A stretch of DNA of 59,143 nucleotides from Candidatus Omnitrophota bacterium. Its GTDB lineage: Bacteria; Omnitrophota; Gorgyraeia; Aquiviventales; Aquiviventaceae. Below the pieces are notes generated by a model. That model saw only the letters and a list, made by a program, of their open reading frames with translations. It did not search any database and was not told the origin of the DNA. Made by a program: the position numbers and the translations under genes. Each line of letters starts with the position of its first letter. Position 1 is the first letter of the stretch. Positions 46,422-53,785 of this stretch are shown here, one piece after another. The stretch is taken from assembly GCA_016193175.1 (NCBI GenBank), contig JACPSR010000044.1:1-59143 (forward strand). Direction: 5' to 3'.

Positions 46422-46481
46422 CGTCGGGTCCGGCGTAATCGTGAGGGTGGGAGCAATTGTGATCGGCTCGACAGCAGCCGG

Positions 46482-46560
46482 CTCGACGGTTCGACGGTTC
46501 GACGGTTCGACAGGTGACCTCGTCTGTCCTACTGCTGTCGAGCTGTCGAGCTGTCGAGCG
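46482..46560. repeat. Hairpin built from octanucleotide tandem repeats: (ggttcgac) x3-4, a loop, then (ctgtcgag) x3.
   Basis: gctcgacggttcgacggttcgacggttcgacag-gtgacctcgtctgtcctact-gctgtcgagctgtcgagctgtcgagc. The arms pair with G:U wobbles when read as plus-strand RNA. It lies where two minus-strand frames are simultaneously open. Confidence 0.8.
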
Positions 46561-46574
46561 GATAGGTTCCGGCT

Positions 46575-46893
46575 GGCGGAGTCGCCACCGGGACTCCGGG
46601 GATTGAACGAGGCGTTCGATCACGTGGGCGAGCTGGGGGGAGCGTTTCAGGAACTCGAGCGCCTCGTTGAGCTCTTGCTCCGTCGGGGCGCGGCCGTAGA
46701 GGTCGTCATACATCGTCAGGATTGCGCCCCGGTGTTGCAGCTCAAGCTGGCGCTGCAGCTCGCTTGAGAGCTGCAAGGCCTGGAGGGCGTTGGCGTCGGC
46801 GCCCCAGACCGCCTGCTCCGCGGCGAAGAGGGTCGCGAGTGCGACGCAGAAGGCTTTTGTGCGTTTAAGTGCCAACCACCGATCGATCCGCAT
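46575..46893 (-). CDS. Signal-peptide/TM anchor plus DUF4214-like segment, the probable true 5' end of the giant gene. It is out of frame with ORF-1 as assembled.
   Basis: ATG 46893 lies 4 nt after the tadC stop (aagTAGaggcATG). The N-terminus is MRIDRWLALKRTKAFCVALATLFAAEQAVWG, followed by MYDDLYGRAPTEQELNEALEFLKRSPQLAHVIERLVQSPES (DUF4214-like). Track ORF 46180..46893 turns junk-like after about 46570. Confidence 0.6.
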
Positions 46894-46897
46894 GCCT

Positions 46898-47815
46898 CTA
46901 CTTCCCGAATGGATTCTGACGCATGAACTGGAGGAAGATCGGCGCCCCCACGATGAGCGCCACGCAAGGCATGATGCAACAGATGAGCGGAATGAGGATC
47001 TTGATGGGGGCCTTCAACGCGGCCCGCTCGGCCCGCATGAACCGCTCGAACCGGATATCTTCGGAATGGATGGAGAGGACCTCGGCGATCGGCGTCCCCA
47101 TCCGGTCGGCCTGCACGAGCGTCCGCACGAAGGAGGAGACCTCCGGGACGTTCAGCCGTTTCGCCGCCGACCTAAGGGCTTCAAATCGACGCTTGCCCAG
47201 CTTGATCTCCTGCAAGACGACCAACAGCTCCTCGATGAGCGGTTCCTTCTGAAAGGGCCTGACCAGCACCACTTTGTTGAGGGCCCCAAGGAAGTCGAGC
47301 CCCGCACCGATGCAGAGGGAGAGCAGGTCAATGACCTCTGGCAGCAACCTGACAATCGCCCGTTGTCTGCGCCTCACGCGGCCTTTCAGCCAGAGGTCAG
47401 GGAGGATGACGCCGAACACCCCAGCCAGCGCCACGATGAAGGGCGGAACCGGTCCCACCTCCCTCGCAATGGTGAACGCGACGACGGCACACCCAAGCGC
47501 CGAGAGCGCTTTGATGCCGACGATCTGCTCCTGCGGGAGGGGCATACCGGTCGCAACCAGCCGCCCTCCAACCGCATCCCGCCGTCGGCTGAGCCTGGGG
47601 ATCAACCTGCCGAGCAGCCTGCCCATGAGGGCGAGCACCGAACGGAAGCGATCAGGCCACGGGCTTGTGAGCCGGGGTACCGGCGACCTCCACGGGCTGA
47701 CCGTCGAGTCCACGATCGTCTGGAGGCGCGGCCACGAGACCGACGGCTCCGGCATCAGGGCCCACAGGGCGCAGACGATGCCCCCCACGATCAGGAGGTA
47801 GACGGCGACGATCAT
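46898..47815 (-). CDS. tadC: Type II secretion system F-family inner-membrane platform protein, TadC-like.
   Basis: It has the T2SSF-like pattern (LPEVIDLLSLCIGAGLDFLGAL ... MGTPIAEVL) and TM segments at both ends. The start was moved to ATG 47815, which forms an ATGA overlap with the tadB stop. Confidence 0.85.
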   Translation of the reverse strand: MIVAVYLLIVGGIVCALWALMPEPSVSWPRLQTIVDSTVSPWRSPVPRLTSPWPDRFRSVLALMGRLLGRLIPRLSRRRDAVGGRLVATGMPLPQEQIVGIKALSALGCAVVAFTIAREVGPVPPFIVALAGVFGVILPDLWLKGRVRRRQRAIVRLLPEVIDLLSLCIGAGLDFLGALNKVVLVRPFQKEPLIEELLVVLQEIKLGKRRFEALRSAAKRLNVPEVSSFVRTLVQADRMGTPIAEVLSIHSEDIRFERFMRAERAALKAPIKILIPLICCIMPCVALIVGAPIFLQFMRQNPFGK

Positions 47816-48696
47816 CAGATATCCACCCGACTCAGCTTGATGAGCAACACCATCCCCACGACCCACAACCCGGCGGCGGCCATCAAGATCACCTGGCCCG
47901 TCGCGTCCCTGAGCAACAGGTCAAAATAGTGCGGATTGGACGAGCGGACAAAGGCCGCAAAGAGGAAGGGCAACCCGCTCATGATGTAGGCCTGGAGACG
48001 CCCCTGGAGGGTTAAGGTGGTGACTTTGTCTTTCAGCTTCTTCCGCTCACGGATCGTCGCGATCAGTTGCGTGATGATGTGGGTGATATCGCCGCCGGAT
48101 TCGCGGGCCACCAGCACCGCCGTCGTGATCAGCGTCATCTCCTCACTCGGCATCCGCTCGTTGAGCCGCTGGAGCGACTCCTCAAGCGTCAGCCCGAGGC
48201 GATGCGCCTTCATCATCAGGCCAAACTCCTGAGATGCCGGTGGGCCGATTTCCGTCTCGAGCTGTTCGAAGGCCTGCGTCAGCGAGAGGCCTGCCCGCAG
48301 GCCGCTCGAAAGGATGAAGAGCGCGTCGACCAGTTGGTCATGGAACCGTCGCTTCCTGATCGCCTTGACCCGCCTGACCAAGAGATCCGGCACGAGCGCC
48401 CCAAGGACCATCCCGAGGAGCGCAAGCCCAGCGCGGTTCAAGACAAGGTACGCCAGGAGCCCGGCGCAGAGCGGGCCGAGGCCATAGGCGACTTTCAGCC
48501 ATCGCGGCGGGACATCCACAAAGAGCTCGTCCAGCACCTTCGCGGTCCGCTCCACCTTCACCTGTTGAAGCTGTTCGATCCCTCCGGCGAGTCGGCTCCA
48601 CACGCGAGCCACGAACGGATAGCCGGCCACCGCGGCGCACGCCGCGGAGCCAATCGTGAATCCATAGATCGGCAACTCGTCATAGATCATGGTCAC
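47815..48696 (-). CDS. tadB: Type II secretion system F-family platform protein, TadB-like.
   Basis: LVDALFILSSGLRAGLSLTQAFEQL ... LGLTLEESLQRL ... ESGGDITHI is the T2SSF signature. The start is GTG 48696 (overlapping the upstream stop) or ATG 48690. Confidence 0.85.
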   Translation of the reverse strand: MTMIYDELPIYGFTIGSAACAAVAGYPFVARVWSRLAGGIEQLQQVKVERTAKVLDELFVDVPPRWLKVAYGLGPLCAGLLAYLVLNRAGLALLGMVLGALVPDLLVRRVKAIRKRRFHDQLVDALFILSSGLRAGLSLTQAFEQLETEIGPPASQEFGLMMKAHRLGLTLEESLQRLNERMPSEEMTLITTAVLVARESGGDITHIITQLIATIRERKKLKDKVTTLTLQGRLQAYIMSGLPFLFAAFVRSSNPHYFDLLLRDATGQVILMAAAGLWVVGMVLLIKLSRVDI

Positions 48697-48869
48697 TGCC
48701 CGTTGACCACGGTCACCCCGTGCTCATACTGCCGGCCATAGCCAAAAGCGTCGGCCACCATCCGCCATCTGCCGGCAAGCGCCCGTTGGGTATACACCGA
48801 CATCGCCACCAGCATCGCGACGGCCACCGCGATCAGGACCGCGTATTCGATCGCACTCTGACCCTGCAT
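48693..48869 (-). CDS. Flp-like pilin paralog (58 aa).
   Basis: MQGQSAIEYAVLIAVAVAMLVAMSVYTQRALAGRW... carries the G-x-x-x-x-E-Y prepilin motif plus a hydrophobic helix. The N-terminal 72 codons of track ORF 48693..49085 run through a repeat element and were trimmed. Confidence 0.7.
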   Translation of the reverse strand: MQGQSAIEYAVLIAVAVAMLVAMSVYTQRALAGRWRMVADAFGYGRQYEHGVTVVNGQ

Positions 48870-48880
48870 CCGCGGAGGAC

Positions 48881-48950
48881 GCTTCAGGCTACAGGCCACA
48901 GGCTGCAGGCTTGAGCTCGGAGCTTGCAGCTTGCAGCTTGCCGCTTGCCG
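48881..48950. repeat. Heptamer-tract hairpin: (gctNcag) x5 followed by (agcttgc) x4.
   Basis: gcttcaggctacaggccacaggctgcaggcttgagctcggagcttgcagcttgcagcttgccgcttgccg fills the intergenic gap between 48956 and 48869. Confidence 0.7.
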
Positions 48951-48955
48951 TTGGA

Positions 48956-49402
48956 TCACTGCCATTGGATGGCCTCGAGCTTCTTTGATCCTGAGGCCGG
49001 CAGGCTGATGAGGAGGGTTTTCCCTTTCGCCGCATAGTCCGCCGCCACAACGATCCGTCTCTCCGAACGCTGGTGGACGCGCCACCGGCGGAATCCTCCT
49101 GCAACGCCCCCGGCCTGCCGGAAGCCTCTCGAGAAGTGCTCCACAAACGCCCGTCGGTACTTGTCCCGCTCCTCCTGGCTGGAGAGCTGCGTATAGGCTG
49201 CGCCCACGTTCACGTCCAAGGCCGTGAGGTGCTCCCAGTCAATCCACCGCTTCACGGAGGGTCTGCCGTCGATCAGACCGCTCAAGACCTTTTGGCAGAA
49301 TGCCACGTCACGGTTCCCTACGCGCACCACCCCCACCGCCACGGCGGCGGCCACGGCGACCAACATGATCGATCCGATGACCGGGGGACTTGCTCTCTCC
49401 AT
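48956..49402 (-). CDS. Small membrane-anchored hypothetical protein.
   Basis: It has the N-terminal TM helix VIGSIMLVAVAAAVAVGVV. ATG 49402 is preceded by gaggtgagtgag (SD-like), 6 nt after the upstream stop. No family was recognised. Confidence 0.6.
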   Translation of the reverse strand: MERASPPVIGSIMLVAVAAAVAVGVVRVGNRDVAFCQKVLSGLIDGRPSVKRWIDWEHLTALDVNVGAAYTQLSSQEERDKYRRAFVEHFSRGFRQAGGVAGGFRRWRVHQRSERRIVVAADYAAKGKTLLISLPASGSKKLEAIQWQ

Positions 49403-49407
49403 CTCAC

Positions 49408-51624
49408 TCACCTCATCCCGGAAAGCTGGACCGAATCATAGTCAAAGGAGACCCTGGACATCTTGGTCACTGCGCCTCCATTCGAGCTCCAGGGGTTCCA
49501 TCTCCAGAGGAACCCGATGTTGCTGCCCGTGGGGTTGTTCTCCTCCGGTTGGTCTCGCCGGGTGATCCCCACCCAGGTGTTGCTGCCGTCATCCGCGTAA
49601 TCCTCGAGGCGCATGCAGATCTTCTTGTTGAAGACCCCCCCGGATTTCCTCGTTTGGATAGAGGGGACCTTAAAAGGCCCTACCTCGACCGTCACGCTAT
49701 GGCGACCCCTGGAGTCCGTCCACGGATAGGTGGCTGGGTTGGACCCGCTGATCCTCCCGCCAGAGACAGTCGCTCCAAGCTGATCTTCAGCGGCCCTCAT
49801 CTCGTCGTAGAACTCCTTGATCTTGTCGCGGAAGTGCCGAACCTGCCCGACCAGCCCATCGAGGTGGCCTCTGACCTGGCCGAACTCGTCGGCGAAATCC
49901 GCATCAGTGCTGCCGCCGCTGACTGGAACCTGCGTGCCATCGCCCCGGCAGGAAGGGTTCTGGACCGCCACCGGCACACAGTGGCGCGTCACCCGGCTCT
50001 GGCCGGATGATTCCGATCCGCCCCCAGGGGTGGGCGGGCTCCCCGTCGAGGAACTGGGTTGAACGACCCACCCCCCACCAGGCCCGCCGGCGGTGGACCT
50101 TGGCCGTTCAGGATTGTCGGCCAACTCTTCGCAGACCTCCTCATACGTGCAGAGCGCCAGCCCCCTTCGGATCGTCTCGATCTCATCCCTCCATGAGGGC
50201 ATTCCCCCAAGGCCATCCCCTCCGACCACAATCATCCCGAGCCGGTCGTAGAAGTCTCCCTGATTGTCCGGATCGTAGAATGATCTCACCCACGTCTTCC
50301 ACCCGCTCACGACTTCCTCGATGGGTTTCTCCCTGATCCCCCTGTGCGTCCCATCGTCGCTCCCAGCGGAGGTCTCCACGATGTCCTGAAAGGCATCGAT
50401 CGTAAAGTCGATCTCGTCGTACCACGAAGGGGCGTCACAGTTCCTGCAATCGTGCTCGTGCCAACCCTCCAGGTCAGCCCGTGTGGGACCCGGCGTCCAG
50501 AACCTGAGATTGAAAACGCGCTCGAGTGCGCGCACGAGCTCCACCACCTCTCCGTCAGCCCCTTCGACCTCTAGCCGCGAAAGGATCCCACCCGGGGAGG
50601 TCGCGTTCCTTGCCACAGCCTCAAACGCCGCTAACTCATTGAGGAAGCGGATCGTCGCGGGTCTCATCCGATCCTCCACCGTCCCTGCCATGTCCTCTTT
50701 TCTGGCCGCCCACGCGACTTGAAACGCGGGGACCTTCTCCCCTCTATCCCCATCCTCGTCAGAGTCCGCGGCATCCGCTTCCTCGTTGGGATCATCCACC
50801 GTCTGGAGGAACGCCTGGAACATGACGCTCTCACGGAACCGTTCGTGCTCAGGCAGGCCGTTGAGGGCTTTGCCCGCCTGCGTGACGGCATCGGCTCGAA
50901 TCTGGTCCTGGACCACGGCGGTGTAGACACTCGACCCGGCGGACAGCGCAGCACCGCCGATCCCACCGGCCGTGGTCCCGGCGGCGATGAGGGACGCTCC
51001 AGCCCCCTCGAGTATCGCTGCGGAAGCGCCCATAGCACTCACGGCCATGGAGGCGCCGATCTTGGCCCCCGCCGCGGCTCCGGCGGAGACCCCGAGCCCC
51101 AGCGAGGCCCCGACGAGGGCCCCCTGCAAGGCTCCAGACAACGCCCCTTGGCCTCCCCCCGTAATGGCGCCCCCGATCGCCCCACCGACCGCGCCGCCGA
51201 TCGCGCCAGCGATGACTCCGGCCGCTCCAGTAGCCACGGTGACGCCGGCCACCGTCGTCACCATCGTCCCCACAAGCGCCGGGGCAAGATACGGCGCAAG
51301 CACCAGCATAGCGATCGCAAAGGGGATCGCCAAAAACGAGGAGAAGAAGTTTGCCTTCTTGCACTTTTCGGTTTGATGCTCCATGCTCTCCCATAAGACT
51401 TTCGATTTGGTGGCGAGCTGCGAGCCTAGGAGGAGCGCGGAGGCGTCCGCGGCGTTCGAGAGCCTCGTGGCGGTCATCGAGAGCTGCCCCAGGTTCGCGG
51501 TCATCATGACGAAGCTGAGCACGACGACGATCATGAGGAGCATGAGCGTGGTGATCTGCCCCTTCCGCCGCCCCGTGCGGTGCCTCAGGTTCGCAATTGA
51601 GAGGAGCTTCCGCAACCGATTCAT
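49408..51624 (-). CDS. TadG-like pseudopilin / Flp pilus-assembly protein with a large extension (738 aa).
   Basis: The N-terminus RKGQITTLMLLMIVVVLSFVMMTANLGQLSMTATRLSNAADASALLLG matches the TadE/G-like N-terminal domain (PF13400-type). A ~150-aa Gly/Ala glycine-zipper-like hydrophobic tract follows (about 50900-51330). Confidence 0.6.
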   Translation of the reverse strand: MNRLRKLLSIANLRHRTGRRKGQITTLMLLMIVVVLSFVMMTANLGQLSMTATRLSNAADASALLLGSQLATKSKVLWESMEHQTEKCKKANFFSSFLAIPFAIAMLVLAPYLAPALVGTMVTTVAGVTVATGAAGVIAGAIGGAVGGAIGGAITGGGQGALSGALQGALVGASLGLGVSAGAAAGAKIGASMAVSAMGASAAILEGAGASLIAAGTTAGGIGGAALSAGSSVYTAVVQDQIRADAVTQAGKALNGLPEHERFRESVMFQAFLQTVDDPNEEADAADSDEDGDRGEKVPAFQVAWAARKEDMAGTVEDRMRPATIRFLNELAAFEAVARNATSPGGILSRLEVEGADGEVVELVRALERVFNLRFWTPGPTRADLEGWHEHDCRNCDAPSWYDEIDFTIDAFQDIVETSAGSDDGTHRGIREKPIEEVVSGWKTWVRSFYDPDNQGDFYDRLGMIVVGGDGLGGMPSWRDEIETIRRGLALCTYEEVCEELADNPERPRSTAGGPGGGWVVQPSSSTGSPPTPGGGSESSGQSRVTRHCVPVAVQNPSCRGDGTQVPVSGGSTDADFADEFGQVRGHLDGLVGQVRHFRDKIKEFYDEMRAAEDQLGATVSGGRISGSNPATYPWTDSRGRHSVTVEVGPFKVPSIQTRKSGGVFNKKICMRLEDYADDGSNTWVGITRRDQPEENNPTGSNIGFLWRWNPWSSNGGAVTKMSRVSFDYDSVQLSGMR

Positions 51625-51668
51625 GGATCACTCAAGGCCCGAGTTGAAGGTTGCTCGTTTCATATCGA

Positions 51669-51983
51669 TCACTGCTGGTCGCTCGTTGTCAGAGAACTGA
51701 TGGGATCGAGGATCCGAAGGGGCTGGGACGGCTCCCTCCACCACACCATGGCAGCCGTGCGTCCGGCCTGGACCCTCCCACCCACCCCGGTCGGTGGGTC
51801 CCCCTGCTCATAGGCCACCTGCCGTGCGACTAACCGCTCGTTGATCCAGAGGAACACCTTCACGCTCCCGAACAGAAGGAGGAGCGCACCCATGAGCGCT
51901 ACCGTCATCTCGAGTGACGCTTGACCCACACCACGACATTGCGAATGGCGAATCGGTTCAGTTAGTTCCATGGGGTCGTCCAC
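51669..51983 (-). CDS. TadE-like pseudopilin (start uncertain).
   Basis: GQASLEMTVALMGALLLLFGSVKVFLWI matches the TadE N-terminal motif (G-x-x-x-x-E + hydrophobic helix). Confidence 0.6.
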   Translation of the reverse strand: MDDPMELTEPIRHSQCRGVGQASLEMTVALMGALLLLFGSVKVFLWINERLVARQVAYEQGDPPTGVGGRVQAGRTAAMVWWREPSQPLRILDPISSLTTSDQQ

Positions 51984-52789
51984 GTGACGTCGTTTGGCGC
52001 AACGTCTTTTGGGGTCGTGGCGATCTCTTCGGTTCCGACCCTGCCGCTCTCATCCCCCATCCTCCGGCTCACCACCCTCCTCGTGATCCGATCCCTCCAC
52101 GACTCCATATGGGTGGTCGTCCTCAACGCGGAGGGGCTCTCTTCCTTGCGCAGGGAGGCGTTCACCCGCGCCTCTCGCCTCATCCCCGGCTGGACGCTCA
52201 TCTTGTTGATTCCTTGGAAGAGCTGGTCGAGCTTGCTACAGTACCATGGGCTGGCATCTTCTCGACATCGAGCTCTGCAGAGGTCAGGATCCATGATCTC
52301 GCCTTCACAGGGGTCCACCTCCCGGCTGCTTCCGCTCCGAAACCCTTCGGTGGTGTAGCTCCTCGTCGGGGTCTGGCTCTCAGGCCGGGTATTCACAAAC
52401 AGGCTGAGCCTCGGGAGTTCCTCGACGGTGTCAGCGGTCTCATGCATCCGTGGATCTTTCGTCACCCTCGCAGAGACGGCCACCGGGTATACGGACCCGA
52501 GCGCAAAGGGGTTCGACGGGTTCGGGATGTACCGATCCCTGATGACCGTCACCGACGATTTGCCAGGCCCTGGGGCCAGGCTCAAGGCCCTCCGGAAGGC
52601 CTCCATCATGGCCTGCTGGTTGTACTCGGCGTTCAGGCCATAGTTGAGCAGGACGCCGAGCAGGAGGAGGAGTACGGAGCCAAAGACAGCCAGCTCGACC
52701 AGGGCCTGACCTCTGCTGAGAGCGCGCGGGGCTCGGGGTTCTGCGCTCTGGGCTCTAGAACCTAGATCAGGGTGAGCGCGCTGAGCCAT
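51962..52789 (-). CDS. TadE-like pseudopilin.
   Basis: RGQALVELAVFGSVLLLLLGVLLNYGL. The start was moved to ATG 52789, which is preceded by ggaggcgagacgaac (GGAGG SD). Confidence 0.65.
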   Translation of the reverse strand: MAQRAHPDLGSRAQSAEPRAPRALSRGQALVELAVFGSVLLLLLGVLLNYGLNAEYNQQAMMEAFRRALSLAPGPGKSSVTVIRDRYIPNPSNPFALGSVYPVAVSARVTKDPRMHETADTVEELPRLSLFVNTRPESQTPTRSYTTEGFRSGSSREVDPCEGEIMDPDLCRARCREDASPWYCSKLDQLFQGINKMSVQPGMRREARVNASLRKEESPSALRTTTHMESWRDRITRRVVSRRMGDESGRVGTEEIATTPKDVAPNDVTWTTPWN

Positions 52790-53207
52790 GTTCGTCTCGC
52801 CTCCATAGCTCCCTCCGGAGGGGCCCCACCCATTCGTCCCCACTCCTCTCCGTGCTGCTCTCATTGATCGTGGTCTTCGTGACCAGGACATCCGCGGTCT
52901 CACCGCCGCCGATCGGCCGGTCACGCTCCATGGACGACTCGGTCGTCGTATCCGTCCTCACCGTCAGCGTGACATTGGAGGTGGTGTTGCTCGGCTCATA
53001 CGGCATGCCGACAGAGTCCGCCGAGGTCCGCAGCCTTCCTGACAACCCCCGTTTGATGTAGGTCTGCATGGCGACCAGCGCCGCCACCACGATGGCCAAG
53101 AGGACCGCGTATTCCATCACGCTCTGCCCTCGAGAGGCAGATGATCGCCGGTGGGAACGCGGATCGCCGCCGAGTGGTCTGGGCCTTTGGGTGACACCTG
53201 TGTCCAT
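52767..53207 (-). CDS. Extended Flp-like pilin paralog.
   Basis: RGQSVMEYAVLLAIVVAALVAMQTYIKRGLSGRLRTSADSVG, followed by a Thr/Ser-rich tail. Confidence 0.7.
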   Translation of the reverse strand: MDTGVTQRPRPLGGDPRSHRRSSASRGQSVMEYAVLLAIVVAALVAMQTYIKRGLSGRLRTSADSVGMPYEPSNTTSNVTLTVRTDTTTESSMERDRPIGGGETADVLVTKTTINESSTERSGDEWVGPLRRELWRRDEHGSARSP

Positions 53208-53209
53208 CG

Positions 53210-53785
53210 CTAGTCCCCCCCCTGCACCGTCGAAGGTGGACCGCCTGGGAAGCTTGGAGGGCCGCCGAGAAACGGCGATCCTGGTGGTGGCGACGACCCT
53301 GGAGATTCTGGCCGAGGAAGCGGTAGGGGCCCGGCCGGAGGGGGCTGGATGGAGACCTCCTTTGGCGTGGCCCCCACGACCTCTGAGTAGTCTGAGACGT
53401 TGGGACCCAGGGTCCTGCCGCCGAGGTTGGGATCAAGGGCCCCCTCCGTCCTTGTCGTATCGGTGAGGGTGGTCGTGCGGGTGCGCCCATCGAGGAGAAG
53501 GCGGGTGTTGGTCATTTGACGGGACACCGCCCGGGTCTTGGACTGCCGCTCGAGGACGGTCCCGGCCGCCACCACCCGATCCTGCCGATCCCTCGATTCG
53601 TAGCGGATGCCGGCGCGCTGGGCGCGCTCGCCCCTCGGGTCGTTGGGGTAGGGGCTGAGGCGATCCGCCATCGCCTTGATCCCGGCCTGGAGGCTGCGCT
53701 TCGTGTAGGTCTGCATGCCGAGGAGGGCGGCCGTGATGATCCCGATGAGGATCGTGTACTCGATGATGGCCTGGCCGTTCTTCAT
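53210..53785 (-). CDS. Extended Flp-like pilin paralog (short leader MKNG|QAIIEY).
   Basis: MKNGQAIIEYTILIGIITAALLGMQTYTKRSLQAGIKAMADRL, with a Pro-rich C-terminus. There is an ATGA overlap with the upstream gene. Confidence 0.7.
   Translation of the reverse strand: MKNGQAIIEYTILIGIITAALLGMQTYTKRSLQAGIKAMADRLSPYPNDPRGERAQRAGIRYESRDRQDRVVAAGTVLERQSKTRAVSRQMTNTRLLLDGRTRTTTLTDTTRTEGALDPNLGGRTLGPNVSDYSEVVGATPKEVSIQPPPAGPLPLPRPESPGSSPPPGSPFLGGPPSFPGGPPSTVQGGD

Larger units (their letters stand above)
45530..46360 (-). other. Papain-fold peptidase C39-like domain, split by the four-helix-bundle cassette.
   Basis: The Cys region TTLCSNCAPNALAPMLGMVGIPVS is on the 5' side. GPLFISMDTVQQLAHAYGLTLNAVEL...YPMIAALD...DHYVVVKDANETRVVYDESDG (His about 45618-45620) is on the 3' side. 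Between them lie ~140 codons of junk-like read-through. Confidence 0.45.

Noticed and set aside
45824-46231. Diversity-generating retroelement (the four-helix-bundle protein is Avd-like, and near-identical repeats exist at 38.6-39.0 kb).
   Set aside because: There is no reverse transcriptase in the window. The differences between the repeated copies are not adenine-specific. The repeats are simple tandem domain duplications inside the ORF.
46180-46570. The C-terminal two thirds of track ORF 46180..46893 as real protein.
   Set aside because: After the DUF4214-like segment the translation becomes Cys/Arg/His-rich junk. It overlaps the N-terminal C39-like motif of the giant ORF frame. Only about 46575-46893 looks coding in this frame.
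289-46767. Dozens of plus-strand ORFs of 60-489 aa from the track (for example 668..1399, 5471..6094, 25305..26774, 38277..39479, 43161..44150).
   Set aside because: Their translations are Arg/Pro/Ser/Gly-rich and family-less. They lie antisense to long, motif-rich minus-strand reading frames in GC-rich DNA. They are typical shadow ORFs, except for the two short promoter-associated cassettes reported separately.
48870-49085. N-terminal extensions of track ORFs 48693..49085, 54417..54785, 56057..56512, 51962..52924, 56896..57522 and 46898..47866.
   Set aside because: The extensions are Arg/Ser-rich and run through repeat elements or the upstream gene. Internal ATGs give canonical prepilin leaders, SD sequences or ATGA stop-start overlaps.
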